This document shows positions 1-9,244 of a stretch of DNA of 64,000 nucleotides, one piece after another. Both the position numbers and the translations under genes were made by a program. The notes beneath the pieces are model-generated. The model was not told the origin of the DNA and ran no database searches. It worked only from the letters and a program-made list of their open reading frames with translations. Origin of the DNA: Bacteroidales bacterium (GTDB lineage: Bacteria; Bacteroidota; Bacteroidia; Bacteroidales; VadinHA17); NCBI GenBank assembly GCA_021157415.1, contig JAGGWN010000117.1, forward strand, positions 844 to 64,843, written 5' to 3'. Positions within the stretch are counted from its first letter, which is position 1. Each line of letters opens with the position of its first letter.

Positions 1-267
1 GTTAATATCCGGTTGAAAAATTATCCGTACCTCGAATACGGTATGATCAGAGGGGTGGTTTCCAGTGTGTCGCAGGTACCCGATGCGAACAGTTACTTCG
101 TGGAAATAAATTTTCCGCACGGTCTGATAACCTTGTATGGGAAAAAGTTGACATTCAGACAGCAGATGGAGGGTACCGGAGAGATACTGACAGAAAAACG
201 TTCTTTGCTACAGAGGATATTTAACCCTCTCAGATATTTGAGAGATAAGTATATGAAGGAAGATTAA
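1..267 (+). CDS. HlyD-family secretion adaptor protein, C-terminal fragment (5' end lies outside the window)
   Basis: Frame 1 is open from base 1. The tail ...GMIRGVVSSVSQVP...EINFPHGL...FRQQMEGTGEILTEKRSLLQRIF resembles the C-terminus of Bacteroidota HlyD-type ABC-exporter adaptors. Confidence 0.55.
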   Translation, partial: VNIRLKNYPYLEYGMIRGVVSSVSQVPDANSYFVEINFPHGLITLYGKKLTFRQQMEGTGEILTEKRSLLQRIFNPLRYLRDKYMKED

Positions 268-316
268 AAAAATATCGAACCGTAAGCAATGATTTGTTTT
301 CGGCAAAGTATTAAGT

Positions 317-889
317 GTGGATTTTTACACCAGAGATAGGATCATAGCCGGGATCATAAACCGGGAAGATGCCATGGCCCAATGGTTATATATGCGCGTG
401 TACGGATACCTGGAAAGTTTCATTCTAAGACGCGGCGGGACGGCATGGGATGTGATGGATGTTTATCAGGATGGCCTGCTGACCTTGTACGAAATGGCAA
501 AAGATACTTCCGTCTTTCCGGAGGTCAACCTGCCGGGATACCTGTTTGGCATATGCCGGTATTTATGGTATAAGCAATACCGGAAAAAACAATTTCTGGT
601 TCATGTGCAGGATATTAGCAATCAGGATATCATGGCCTTTGGTGACAGTGATTTTCCGGTATTTTCCGATCGACGCGAATTGAAATATATCCTCTATCTA
701 CGTCATTTTGAATTTCTGGATCCTGACTGCCGTCAGTTGCTGACCTTGTATCGCAGAGACATGAGGGTGGATGATATTGTCCGGGAAATGCACTTATCAT
801 CCAGAAGCTATGCCTATAAGAAAAAATTTAAGTGCATGCGCCAACTCATCCGGTATATCAGAAGTGATCCGGAATATGTCTATATCTGA
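317..889 (+). CDS. Sigma-70 family (ECF-like) sigma factor-like protein
   Basis: 190 aa with a non-ATG start in the ORF track. It has a region-2-like stretch (DVYQDGLLTLYE) and a C-terminal region-4-like HTH (LDPDCRQLLTLYRRDMRVDDIVREMHLSSRSYAYKKKFKCMRQL). Confidence 0.5.
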   Translation: MDFYTRDRIIAGIINREDAMAQWLYMRVYGYLESFILRRGGTAWDVMDVYQDGLLTLYEMAKDTSVFPEVNLPGYLFGICRYLWYKQYRKKQFLVHVQDISNQDIMAFGDSDFPVFSDRRELKYILYLRHFEFLDPDCRQLLTLYRRDMRVDDIVREMHLSSRSYAYKKKFKCMRQLIRYIRSDPEYVYI

Positions 890-906
890 ATGGGTTAACA
901 AAGCGA

Positions 907-1287
907 TCAGAAAGGCAGATCGTCAATTTCCCCTTCATCCGGGGCCGATGGGGGCATATTCTCTATGCCTGGCATGGGAGTATCTTCGTTTTCTGTTCCG
1001 GCAGCCTCTATTTTCCAGACATCCAGGTTGGTAAAATAACTGATATTCCCATCCTTTTCCCATTTGTTCCCCCGGATGTTGAAGTAAACTTTTATAATAT
1101 CATGGATGTTGTAAGGATCGATAAGATCGCATCTGTCCTGGGTAAGCTGGAATTTGATATAATCGCTGAAATCCAGACCACTCGCTTCGGCTTTCTTTTC
1201 AAGGACAAATTCTCTCTTTTTAAATTTATCACTTACCTTTTTGGTATCGTATTTTTCAATGAGTTTACCGGTAATTTCAAAAGTCAT
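907..1287 (-). CDS. DUF3127 domain protein (OB-fold-like, acidic C-terminal tail)
   Basis: The N-terminus MTFEITGKLIEKYDTKKVSDKFKKREFVLE and the acidic tail ending DEGEIDDLPF are typical of the Bacteroidota DUF3127 family. Confidence 0.6.
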   Translation of the reverse strand: MTFEITGKLIEKYDTKKVSDKFKKREFVLEKKAEASGLDFSDYIKFQLTQDRCDLIDPYNIHDIIKVYFNIRGNKWEKDGNISYFTNLDVWKIEAAGTENEDTPMPGIENMPPSAPDEGEIDDLPF

Positions 1288-1306
1288 AATGAATGATTTT
1301 ATAGGT

Positions 1307-2017
1307 TTATTGATAGTGTTTTATATTGACCAGTTCGATGTCAAAGATAAGGGTTGAGTAAGGGGTGATCAGGCTGTTAGGTTTGTATTCCGTGCCGTAA
1401 CCCAATGAGTAGGGTATGTAAATCCTCCATAGACTGCCCCGGGGCATGCGTAAGAGAGCCTCTTTCCATCCTGCAATGACCCGGTTGACGAAAAAAGGAA
1501 CGGGTTTACCTGTCATATGGTCTTCAAAAACGGTTCCGTCTATAAGTTTTCCCTTATAATGTACCAGCACCAGATCATTGCTGTCCGGCCTGGGTCCTTT
1601 TCCCCTCTTCAGGATCTTGTATTGCAAACCGGAAGGCAGGGTGACGATCCCTTTTTGTTTTTTGTTTTCCAGAAGGAATTTTTCTCCTGCAGCTTTATTA
1701 TCCTGGAATTTTGCCAGCAGTCTTTTCTTCAGAATCTCACCCCGGTAGGCTTCCAGAATTTTTTTTGACATATCCTGGTCAATGGTCAGCTTTTTATGTC
1801 CGAAATAATCTTCAAGACCCTGAGCCATCAATCGGGTGTTCACCGTATCAAAGCCGTCTCTTTGCAGGTTTGAACCGAACATAACGCCTACACAATAACT
1901 GATGGTGTCTGTTTTAGTATTGATAGCAGGAGTTTCTTGCTGGTTCTGGCAGGATGTTGATAAGAGAAAAATAGTGAAAACGAAGACAAATCCCGGTTGA
2001 ATATACTTTTTCATCAA
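1307..2017 (-). CDS. FKBP-type peptidyl-prolyl cis-trans isomerase lipoprotein (Mip/FkpA-like)
   Basis: Lipoprotein signal (LLSTSC), an FKBP_N-like helical region, and a C-terminal FKBP domain (VLVHYKGKLIDGTVFE...IPYSLGYG...LIFDIELV). Confidence 0.85.
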   Translation of the reverse strand: MMKKYIQPGFVFVFTIFLLSTSCQNQQETPAINTKTDTISYCVGVMFGSNLQRDGFDTVNTRLMAQGLEDYFGHKKLTIDQDMSKKILEAYRGEILKKRLLAKFQDNKAAGEKFLLENKKQKGIVTLPSGLQYKILKRGKGPRPDSNDLVLVHYKGKLIDGTVFEDHMTGKPVPFFVNRVIAGWKEALLRMPRGSLWRIYIPYSLGYGTEYKPNSLITPYSTLIFDIELVNIKHYQ

Positions 2018-2089
2018 CAGTAAATTTTATTTGCGAAAATAATAGAAATCTCATCAAGTTTGTTTGAAAACCGGATAAAAAAAACGAAC

Positions 2090-2776
2090 TCATAAAGGTT
2101 TGATTGCCTGAATGATCTCGCGTTTTCCGGGAGGCCCAGGCAGTCTGTTGACACGAAAGCCTGTTTTTTCCAGGGCTCTTCGCAGCGAACCTTTGGCAGA
2201 ATAGGTAATAAAGATACCTCCGGGGAACAATGCCGCAAACACAGCTTCCAGTCTCGATTTTGCCCACATCGCCGGTTGTTTGTCCGGGCCGAAAGCATCG
2301 AAATAAACAAGATTGTACCGACGGGTGAAATGATACGATAGGAAATCGGCATGGATCTTTCTGATTAGAAAGTTTTCAGTGAGCTGATGTTCCATTTCCC
2401 ACGAAAGCTCGTGCATACTCAGAAAGACGTCCGGGTCGGCATGAAGAATCTGCGGATAATTTAACCGGTTATAAACAGCAGGCCCGAGGGGGTATAACTC
2501 AATGGCTGAATAAAAAACTTTCCGGTTATCCCGTGTGGCTCTCATGAACGTGAGCAACGCATTCAGACCCGTTCCGAATCCTACCTCGAAAATATGCAAA
2601 GGATTATTGTCTGTTTTTTCATAACCGCTCCGGATAAAAATGTGAAGAGCTTCTTCAATAGCTCCGAAACGGGAATGGTAATATTCATCTATCTCGGGGA
2701 GGAAGAGCGTATGAGACTGATCTTCCGTTTTGATCAAAACAGGACTGTTTTTTATCATATTAACTAAGAAAGGCAT
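2090..2776 (-). CDS. mnmD: tRNA (mnm5s2U34) methyltransferase MnmD (stand-alone MnmC methyltransferase domain)
   Basis: SAM-binding motif EVGFGTGLN and the YFDAFGPDKQPAMW motif characteristic of MnmC/MnmD. An alternative ATG lies at 2758. Confidence 0.75.
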   Translation of the reverse strand: MPFLVNMIKNSPVLIKTEDQSHTLFLPEIDEYYHSRFGAIEEALHIFIRSGYEKTDNNPLHIFEVGFGTGLNALLTFMRATRDNRKVFYSAIELYPLGPAVYNRLNYPQILHADPDVFLSMHELSWEMEHQLTENFLIRKIHADFLSYHFTRRYNLVYFDAFGPDKQPAMWAKSRLEAVFAALFPGGIFITYSAKGSLRRALEKTGFRVNRLPGPPGKREIIQAIKPL

Positions 2777-2837
2777 TTTTGTATTAAAGAACTGTATAAA
2801 TATACCGGGAAATACGCAGGAAACAATGAAAATATTT

Positions 2838-2845
2838 TACATTTG
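2838..2845 (+). promoter_or_regulatory. Candidate Bacteroidetes -7 promoter box (TACATTTG)
   Basis: Exact match to TAnnTTTG, 52 nt upstream of the ATG at 2897. No clear -33 TTTG was seen. Confidence 0.3.
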
Positions 2846-2896
2846 CCTGTTGATAAGAATATATTGTGCTTATCAGGACAATGTTTTTGGACATTT

Positions 2897-5725
2897 ATGA
2901 AAGAAATATTTCGGATCTCAGGATTTCTGGGTTGGTTCATTTTGTTGTTTTCCTTTCAGGTTTGGGGACAGGAAAAAATTGAGGTGTCGGGCAGGGTGCT
3001 GGATGCAGAGACGAAAAAACCCCTTCCCGGAGTCAATGTGATCGTGAAAGGGACCCATGTTGGAGGAGGGACCGACGTGAGAGGCTATTTTTATCTGAAG
3101 TTTTCCTACAGGATGCCCTATACCTTAAGCTTTTCCATGATAGGATACGGGACGAAGGAGTATACGGTAAATGAGAATCCTAAATCAGGTCTTCGTGTTT
3201 ATCTGGCCACTCACTCCTATGAGACGAAGGAAGTTGTGGTGACGGCACCGGTGGTTGAGGTAGAACAAAAAACAATCAAAGAAGCTGTCTCCATGGAAGT
3301 GGTGGATGCCTTGAGTATTAAAGAGACCCCTTCGGCCAATTTCTATGAAGCCCTGGCAAATATCAAAGGGGTTGACGTAGCTACCCAGAGTATGCAGTTT
3401 ATGACTGTGAATGCCCGTGGTTTTAATTCGACGGAAAACACCCGGTTTGTTCAGATTGTTGATGGGATGGATAATCAGGCTCCGGGAATGAATTTTTCTA
3501 TTGGAAACATTGCCGGGTTGAATGAGTTGGATGTGGATGAGATGGAGTTTATGCCGGGGCCTTCCGATGCAAAATACGGAGGAAATGCCCTGAACGGAAT
3601 TCTACTGATGCGAAGCAAGGATCCTTTCCAATATCCCGGTATGGGGTTTTATGTGAAACCGGGCGTCAGTGATGTGAGGGCGGGCAGTGATTACCCGTTC
3701 CAGTTTTATGGGAAACCTATGGTCGATGCAGGTTTTCGTATTGCACAAGTGTTAAAAAAACGTTTTGCTTTTAAGCTTACCGGCGCCTTTATGCAGGGAA
3801 AAGACTGGTATGCCGATGATACAACCAACATCCGACCGGGGAGTGTACACTGGGAATATGACCCGGGTCACAATGCCATCAATAAGTATGGCGATGAAAT
3901 CGTAAAGATGCTGCCCCTGGGGAAAAACGGGGAAGATATTGTCGTTTCACGGACAGGTTACCGAGACAGGTATCTGATCAATAATGAGGTGAAAAATATC
4001 AAGATGGGTGCGGGACTTTATTATAAGATCACTCCGGGTATTAAAGCACAGGTCTATGGAAAATATACAAATACAACCACTGCATATACTGGAGACAACA
4101 GGATTTCGCTGACAGATTTTAAAATATACCAGGGGAAAGCCGAAATCAAAGGGAAACAATTTATGCTCAGAGCCTATGCTACGCAACAACAAACAGGGCA
4201 GACCTATGACGCTCGTTTTCTGGCTTATCATCTGATCAGGTCCTGGAAAAGTGATGAACAGTGGTTCCGTGATTATGAAAATGCTTACCGGGGCCGGTTG
4301 ATCCGTTTTGGGATCAGACCGGCGGATCATCTGATTGCCAGGCAGTTTGCAGACAGGGAACGTCTGAATCCGGGAACGGAAGAATATGAAAAAAAGAAGC
4401 AGGAGTTTATATCAATTACCAATTTCAGGGAAGGTGCCGGGATGATCAATAATTCCGCTTTATATCAGACAGAAGGTTCGTGGAACCTTAAAAATATCAT
4501 ACCTGTTGTTAATTTTGAAATAGGTGCCAATTATCGGTATTATGATCTGGTCTCCCGGGGAACGATCTTTCCGGATACCACCGGAAATAATCTTTCTTAC
4601 TTTGAATATGGTGCTTTTTTAACAGCCTCTAAAAATCTTTTTGCAAAAAGACTGAAGCTCAATGCTGTTGTAAGGTATGACCGCAGTGAGCATTTTACAG
4701 GTCATTATTCACCCCGGATCTCTGCTTTATATGTTGTTAATAAACGGCATTATTTCAGAGCTTCTTTTATGCAGGGTTATAGAAACCCCGGCGCTAAGGA
4801 ACAATACATAAATCAGGATCTGGGAACAGCTCGTATCCTGGGGGGACTCTCAGGCATATACAGATCTTATAACCTCGGTGATAACAGTATCTATCAGCAG
4901 AATGTGGAGATGTTCAACGATTCGGTTTACCAATATGTCAATGGGAATGATCCTCCCTACAACCAGGAACAGGCCCGGATCAAAAATCTGGATATCCTGG
5001 ATAAAGGAGTTGTCTCCGGAGAAGCTCTGAAAGACATTGTGCCAGAGGAAGTGACAACCTATGAGGTTGGATATAAAACAGATCTCTTTCATCTTATTTT
5101 TCTGGATGCGGTATATTATCACAGTGATTACCGGAATTTTATCGGTCTGATTCGTATGATTAAGCCCCGGACCAGCCCGCAGCTTGATCTTTATACGGCC
5201 GCTACCCAAGTTAACTCGACCTCTATGAGGGATGTTTATTATCTCTATACCAACTCTGCAGAAAAAGTGTCTATACAAGGTGTTTCCGTGGGCTGGAAAT
5301 GGTTGACTCCGCTTGGATCTATCCTGTCGGGAAATTTTACCTGGTCTGATATTCAGACCAATGTGCTGGACCCTATCGTACCGGGTTTTAATACCCCTCC
5401 TTTCAAAATGAATATATCGCTGGCCAACCGGAAACTGGATAAAATAGAGAATAATCCGGGTTTCAAAAACGTGGGTTTTAAACTTAACTGGAGATACCAA
5501 AGCCGCTTTTACTGGCAAAGTTCTTTCGGTGACGGTTGGGTGGACCCGATCAATACCTTCGACATACAGGTTTCTTATCATTTCAGAAAACTCCGTTCAT
5601 TGCTGAAAGCCGGCATAAGTAACTTTTTTGATGTGCGTTATGCCAATACTTTCGGGGGCACGCAGGTGGGCGTGTTCTATTATATATCTTACCGGATTGA
5701 TGATATCTTCGGAGGGCTTTTTTAA
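2897..5725 (+). CDS. TonB-dependent outer-membrane receptor with an N-terminal carboxypeptidase-regulatory-like domain
   Basis: Signal peptide MKEIFRISGFLGWFILLFSFQVWGQ, a CarboxypepD_reg-like start (VSGRVLDAETKKPLPGVNVIVKGT), a plug region (NARGFNSTENTRFVQIVDGMDNQ), a long beta-barrel and a terminal aromatic residue. The ORF track extends to a TTG at 2843. Confidence 0.85.
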   Translation: MKEIFRISGFLGWFILLFSFQVWGQEKIEVSGRVLDAETKKPLPGVNVIVKGTHVGGGTDVRGYFYLKFSYRMPYTLSFSMIGYGTKEYTVNENPKSGLRVYLATHSYETKEVVVTAPVVEVEQKTIKEAVSMEVVDALSIKETPSANFYEALANIKGVDVATQSMQFMTVNARGFNSTENTRFVQIVDGMDNQAPGMNFSIGNIAGLNELDVDEMEFMPGPSDAKYGGNALNGILLMRSKDPFQYPGMGFYVKPGVSDVRAGSDYPFQFYGKPMVDAGFRIAQVLKKRFAFKLTGAFMQGKDWYADDTTNIRPGSVHWEYDPGHNAINKYGDEIVKMLPLGKNGEDIVVSRTGYRDRYLINNEVKNIKMGAGLYYKITPGIKAQVYGKYTNTTTAYTGDNRISLTDFKIYQGKAEIKGKQFMLRAYATQQQTGQTYDARFLAYHLIRSWKSDEQWFRDYENAYRGRLIRFGIRPADHLIARQFADRERLNPGTEEYEKKKQEFISITNFREGAGMINNSALYQTEGSWNLKNIIPVVNFEIGANYRYYDLVSRGTIFPDTTGNNLSYFEYGAFLTASKNLFAKRLKLNAVVRYDRSEHFTGHYSPRISALYVVNKRHYFRASFMQGYRNPGAKEQYINQDLGTARILGGLSGIYRSYNLGDNSIYQQNVEMFNDSVYQYVNGNDPPYNQEQARIKNLDILDKGVVSGEALKDIVPEEVTTYEVGYKTDLFHLIFLDAVYYHSDYRNFIGLIRMIKPRTSPQLDLYTAATQVNSTSMRDVYYLYTNSAEKVSIQGVSVGWKWLTPLGSILSGNFTWSDIQTNVLDPIVPGFNTPPFKMNISLANRKLDKIENNPGFKNVGFKLNWRYQSRFYWQSSFGDGWVDPINTFDIQVSYHFRKLRSLLKAGISNFFDVRYANTFGGTQVGVFYYISYRIDDIFGGLF

Positions 5726-5728
5726 ACA

Positions 5729-7279
5729 ATGCAAACGATGTTGCTGAAATTAATTAAATATTTTACTCTGAGAAGATTCCGGCAAATATCCGGTTGTAAC
5801 AAAATGTTGTTTTTTCCCCTGCTTCTTCTCTTCTTGTCCTCAGCCTGTGAATATAAGTTTCCGGAGAGTGCGCAGGTATATGAGGCAGACAATCTGGATC
5901 TGAATTCTTTTGTGGCTGCCGGAGATGATTTTATGGCGGGCTTTATGGACGGAGCATTGTATGATGCCGGACAACAACATTCTGTTGCGTCTATTATTGC
6001 AGACAGGTTGCAGAAAACAGATCTGCAATCCTTTAACCTGGCAGAGATAGGCTCTGTCAACGGTTTTAACGAATATGCATCCGACGAGGGCCATATCTAT
6101 GGCAGATATGTTTATAAATATCCGGATAATCAAGCCAAAGATCCGGCTATTGTGCTAACCCCGGGAGAAGAAGTTCCGCCTTATCCCGGCGATAAAAGTT
6201 TCCTGAATGATTTTTCGGTTCCTTTTATGCGGATGTGGCAGATTGATGATCCCGCCCTGGACACCAATAAATATTATCACCGCATAGCTGCCGATCCGGG
6301 TGTGTCCACATGGTTGTCTCAGCTTGATCAGGCCAAACCGACCTTCTTCCTTCTTTGGACCGGCATGTCGGATATACTCGGTTATGCCGCTTCTGGAGGT
6401 TTAGGTGACAGCCTGCCTGCTGATCTCGACCATTTAACAGATCATGATCTCACCCCGGCAAATATTTTTAGTGAGAAACTGGATGTTTTGCTGTCAACCC
6501 TGTTGAAACAACCGGATAGCAAAGGAGTCCTGCTGTCTCTGCCGGATTTTACCGATCTTCCGTATTTCTATTTCTTTCCGTATGATTTTATCAAACTATC
6601 AGGCTCGATGCTTAGCCTGGCCAATTCTACATACAGGGATTTTAATGAGGCAGTTACTCTTAATAATCAGGATCCTTCAAAACCCAAAAGGCCTTACATA
6701 AGTTTTAATGACAACGGAGCTACTCCTTACCCCCAACCTGTGGTAGTTGTTGATGAGAGTCTCCCGGATGCCTGGTACCCGGATGGCAGACCCTTGGAGA
6801 AAGTACGGCAATTACATGAAAATGAGTTGGTACTCATGAGTTTTCCTGAGGATATGCTGCAATACGGGTTGGGCTCCATTATACCGTTGCCTGAGAAATA
6901 TTATCTTGACGAAGCAAGGATCAGGACTTTACATAAGCGCATTGATGATTTTAATGCGATCCTTTTACAAAAAGCCCAGGACCATCCGGGCCGATTGATC
7001 TGTGTGGATATCTCCGAAAGTATTCATGAAATTGCCGAAACAGGCCAACTGAATAGTTGGGGCAGTCCCCCCGTCAATGAAGTGTTTGACTTTGAAGGTG
7101 TGCCATTGCAGGGCAGACTGGAATTGTATAGTATTTATTCTCTGGATGCTCTGCATTTTAATCAGCGGGGGAATGCGTATATCGCCCGAATGGTCATTGA
7201 TAAGATTAATAATGAGTTTCAGTGTAAGATTCCACAAGTGGATGTCAATGCCTTTCAAGGGAATATCCCTTTGTATTAG
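5729..7279 (+). CDS. SGNH/GDSL-like lipoprotein with a variant block I (GDD instead of GDS)
   Basis: Lipobox LFLSSAC. Block-I-like FVAAGDDFMAGFMDGALY and block-V-like SLDALHFNQRGNAYIA (DxxH). The start could instead be the ATG at 5804. Confidence 0.5.
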   Translation: MQTMLLKLIKYFTLRRFRQISGCNKMLFFPLLLLFLSSACEYKFPESAQVYEADNLDLNSFVAAGDDFMAGFMDGALYDAGQQHSVASIIADRLQKTDLQSFNLAEIGSVNGFNEYASDEGHIYGRYVYKYPDNQAKDPAIVLTPGEEVPPYPGDKSFLNDFSVPFMRMWQIDDPALDTNKYYHRIAADPGVSTWLSQLDQAKPTFFLLWTGMSDILGYAASGGLGDSLPADLDHLTDHDLTPANIFSEKLDVLLSTLLKQPDSKGVLLSLPDFTDLPYFYFFPYDFIKLSGSMLSLANSTYRDFNEAVTLNNQDPSKPKRPYISFNDNGATPYPQPVVVVDESLPDAWYPDGRPLEKVRQLHENELVLMSFPEDMLQYGLGSIIPLPEKYYLDEARIRTLHKRIDDFNAILLQKAQDHPGRLICVDISESIHEIAETGQLNSWGSPPVNEVFDFEGVPLQGRLELYSIYSLDALHFNQRGNAYIARMVIDKINNEFQCKIPQVDVNAFQGNIPLY

Positions 7280-7289
7280 AAGAAGAAAA

Positions 7290-8762
7290 CTATTTCATCA
7301 GTCCGAAAAGCCTGGGGAGCCACAGGCTGATATCAGGGATATAAGTTACCAGTAACAAAACCACCACCATCGCGATAAACATGGGTAGCAACGGCTTGAT
7401 GACCTTCTCTATCTTAACATCTGCCACACTGCATCCTATGAACAGGACTGAACCTACTGGTGGTGTGCAAAGGCCTACGCTCAGGTTCAGCACCATAATG
7501 ATCCCGAAATGAATAGGGTCAAGCCCCAGTTGATTTTGTACCACCGGAAGGAAGATCGGAGTGAAAATCAGCACCGCAGGGGTCATGTCCATAAAAACAC
7601 CCACAAAAAGAAGAATCAGGTTGATGATCAGGAGAATTACGAAAGGACTTTTACTGATGCTCAGCAGTCCTGCGCTCACATTCTGGGGGATGTTTTCATA
7701 GGCCATGATCCAGGAGAGCCCGATACTGGTTCCTACCAACAGTAGAACAATAGCTGTGGTCTTGACGGAACGCAGGATAACATCAGGCAGGTCTTTGACT
7801 TTCATTTCCCTGTATATCAGTGCCAGAATGAGGGAGTACAACACAGCTACGGCAGAAGCTTCTGTGGCCGTAAAATAGCCTGCGATAATCCCACCCACAA
7901 CAATAATCAGCAGAAGCAGGCTGGGCAGGGCATCCAGGAAAGTTTTCATGCCATATAATGCCCGGTCCCAATGTTTCACAGTACGATAGACAAGCAGGGC
8001 TGTGAATAGCAGGCCCAGTATGAACCAGACTGCATGGAGCGCTTGTGGCGGATAGCTTTCAGAGAGGTAACTGATCCCGAGAACAGCCAGCACCGTCAGA
8101 AGGGAGAAAATAAATATTTTGACCAAAGTGACCGACACCCCTTTGATGCCCTTGTTCTTGTATATCAGCATCGACATGGCCGTAAGCATCAGGGCGACCC
8201 CTGTGAGAATACCGGGGATATAGCCGGCAATGAACAGAGCGGCAATGGAAGCGCCCCCGCTGGCCAGAGAATAGACGATCAGTATGTTACTGGGAGGTAT
8301 GGAAAGTCCGGTGGTGGCCGAGGTGATGTTAACCGCTGCACTGAAATGAGGGTCATAACCTTCTTTACGCATTTCGGGATCCATAATACTTCCGATAGCG
8401 GAAGCCGAAGCCGCAGCCGAACCGGAGATAGCCCCGAATAACATATTGGCAAAGATGTTGACAAAAGCCAATCCCCCGGGTATGCTGCCTACCAATGCCC
8501 GGGCAAAATTGATGAGCCTCATGGCTATACCCCCGCTGTTCATAATGTTTCCCGCCAGTATAAAGAACGGAATTGCCAGTAAAGCAAAACTGTCCAGTCC
8601 TGTGGCCATGCGATGGGCAAAGGTGGTGAAAGCCGGCAAAGCATCAATGCTCACCAGCATGGTCAGTATGCCGGAAATACCGATACTAAAGGCAATCGGG
8701 ACACCAAGAGTTAGTAAAATAATAAAACTTGTTATCAGTACAATAATACCCCAATAATCCAT
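7290..8762 (-). CDS. dctM: TRAP transporter large permease subunit
   Basis: 490-aa polytopic membrane protein with typical DctM sequence character. It lies downstream of DctQ and DctP genes on the same strand. Confidence 0.9.
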   Translation of the reverse strand: MDYWGIIVLITSFIILLTLGVPIAFSIGISGILTMLVSIDALPAFTTFAHRMATGLDSFALLAIPFFILAGNIMNSGGIAMRLINFARALVGSIPGGLAFVNIFANMLFGAISGSAAASASAIGSIMDPEMRKEGYDPHFSAAVNITSATTGLSIPPSNILIVYSLASGGASIAALFIAGYIPGILTGVALMLTAMSMLIYKNKGIKGVSVTLVKIFIFSLLTVLAVLGISYLSESYPPQALHAVWFILGLLFTALLVYRTVKHWDRALYGMKTFLDALPSLLLLIIVVGGIIAGYFTATEASAVAVLYSLILALIYREMKVKDLPDVILRSVKTTAIVLLLVGTSIGLSWIMAYENIPQNVSAGLLSISKSPFVILLIINLILLFVGVFMDMTPAVLIFTPIFLPVVQNQLGLDPIHFGIIMVLNLSVGLCTPPVGSVLFIGCSVADVKIEKVIKPLLPMFIAMVVVLLLVTYIPDISLWLPRLFGLMK

Positions 8763-8770
8763 AGTCTGCT

Positions 8771-9244
8771 CTATTTGTTGCGATAAGCTTTTTTTATATT
8801 ATCCGCTTCGTAATATGTGATCAGGATCCCGCTGACGGGAACGACAAGGTACACATATCCCAGGGGTAACTGTAAATCCGCCGACCGAACATCCAGGATA
8901 AAACGGGTATATACCAGCCAGCTACCTCCTATCACCATTACCGAGAGGCTGAAGAGTAAAATGAAAATGTAAATGGAGATAAGCAATCTCAATCTGCGCT
9001 TGTGAGAAGACTTCTGCAACAACAGGTCTATGGCTAAATGCTCATTCTTTCCCGCTACATAAGCCGCTCCGAGGATACCTACCCAGATAAGCAGATACCC
9101 GGCTACTTCTGTGGTGAAAGAACTGGGATTGATCAGGATATAACGGCTGACAACCTGCCATAACACATCAATGACGAGTACACTCATCAAAAAGATCAGA
9201 ACCCATTCCAGTATTTTATCAATGCTGTCCCGCAGGCTCATCAT
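8771..9244 (-). CDS. dctQ: TRAP transporter small permease subunit
   Basis: 157 aa with four predicted TM helices. It overlaps the stop of the upstream DctP gene by 4 nt and sits 9 nt upstream of dctM. Confidence 0.8.
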   Translation of the reverse strand: MMSLRDSIDKILEWVLIFLMSVLVIDVLWQVVSRYILINPSSFTTEVAGYLLIWVGILGAAYVAGKNEHLAIDLLLQKSSHKRRLRLLISIYIFILLFSLSVMVIGGSWLVYTRFILDVRSADLQLPLGYVYLVVPVSGILITYYEADNIKKAYRNK

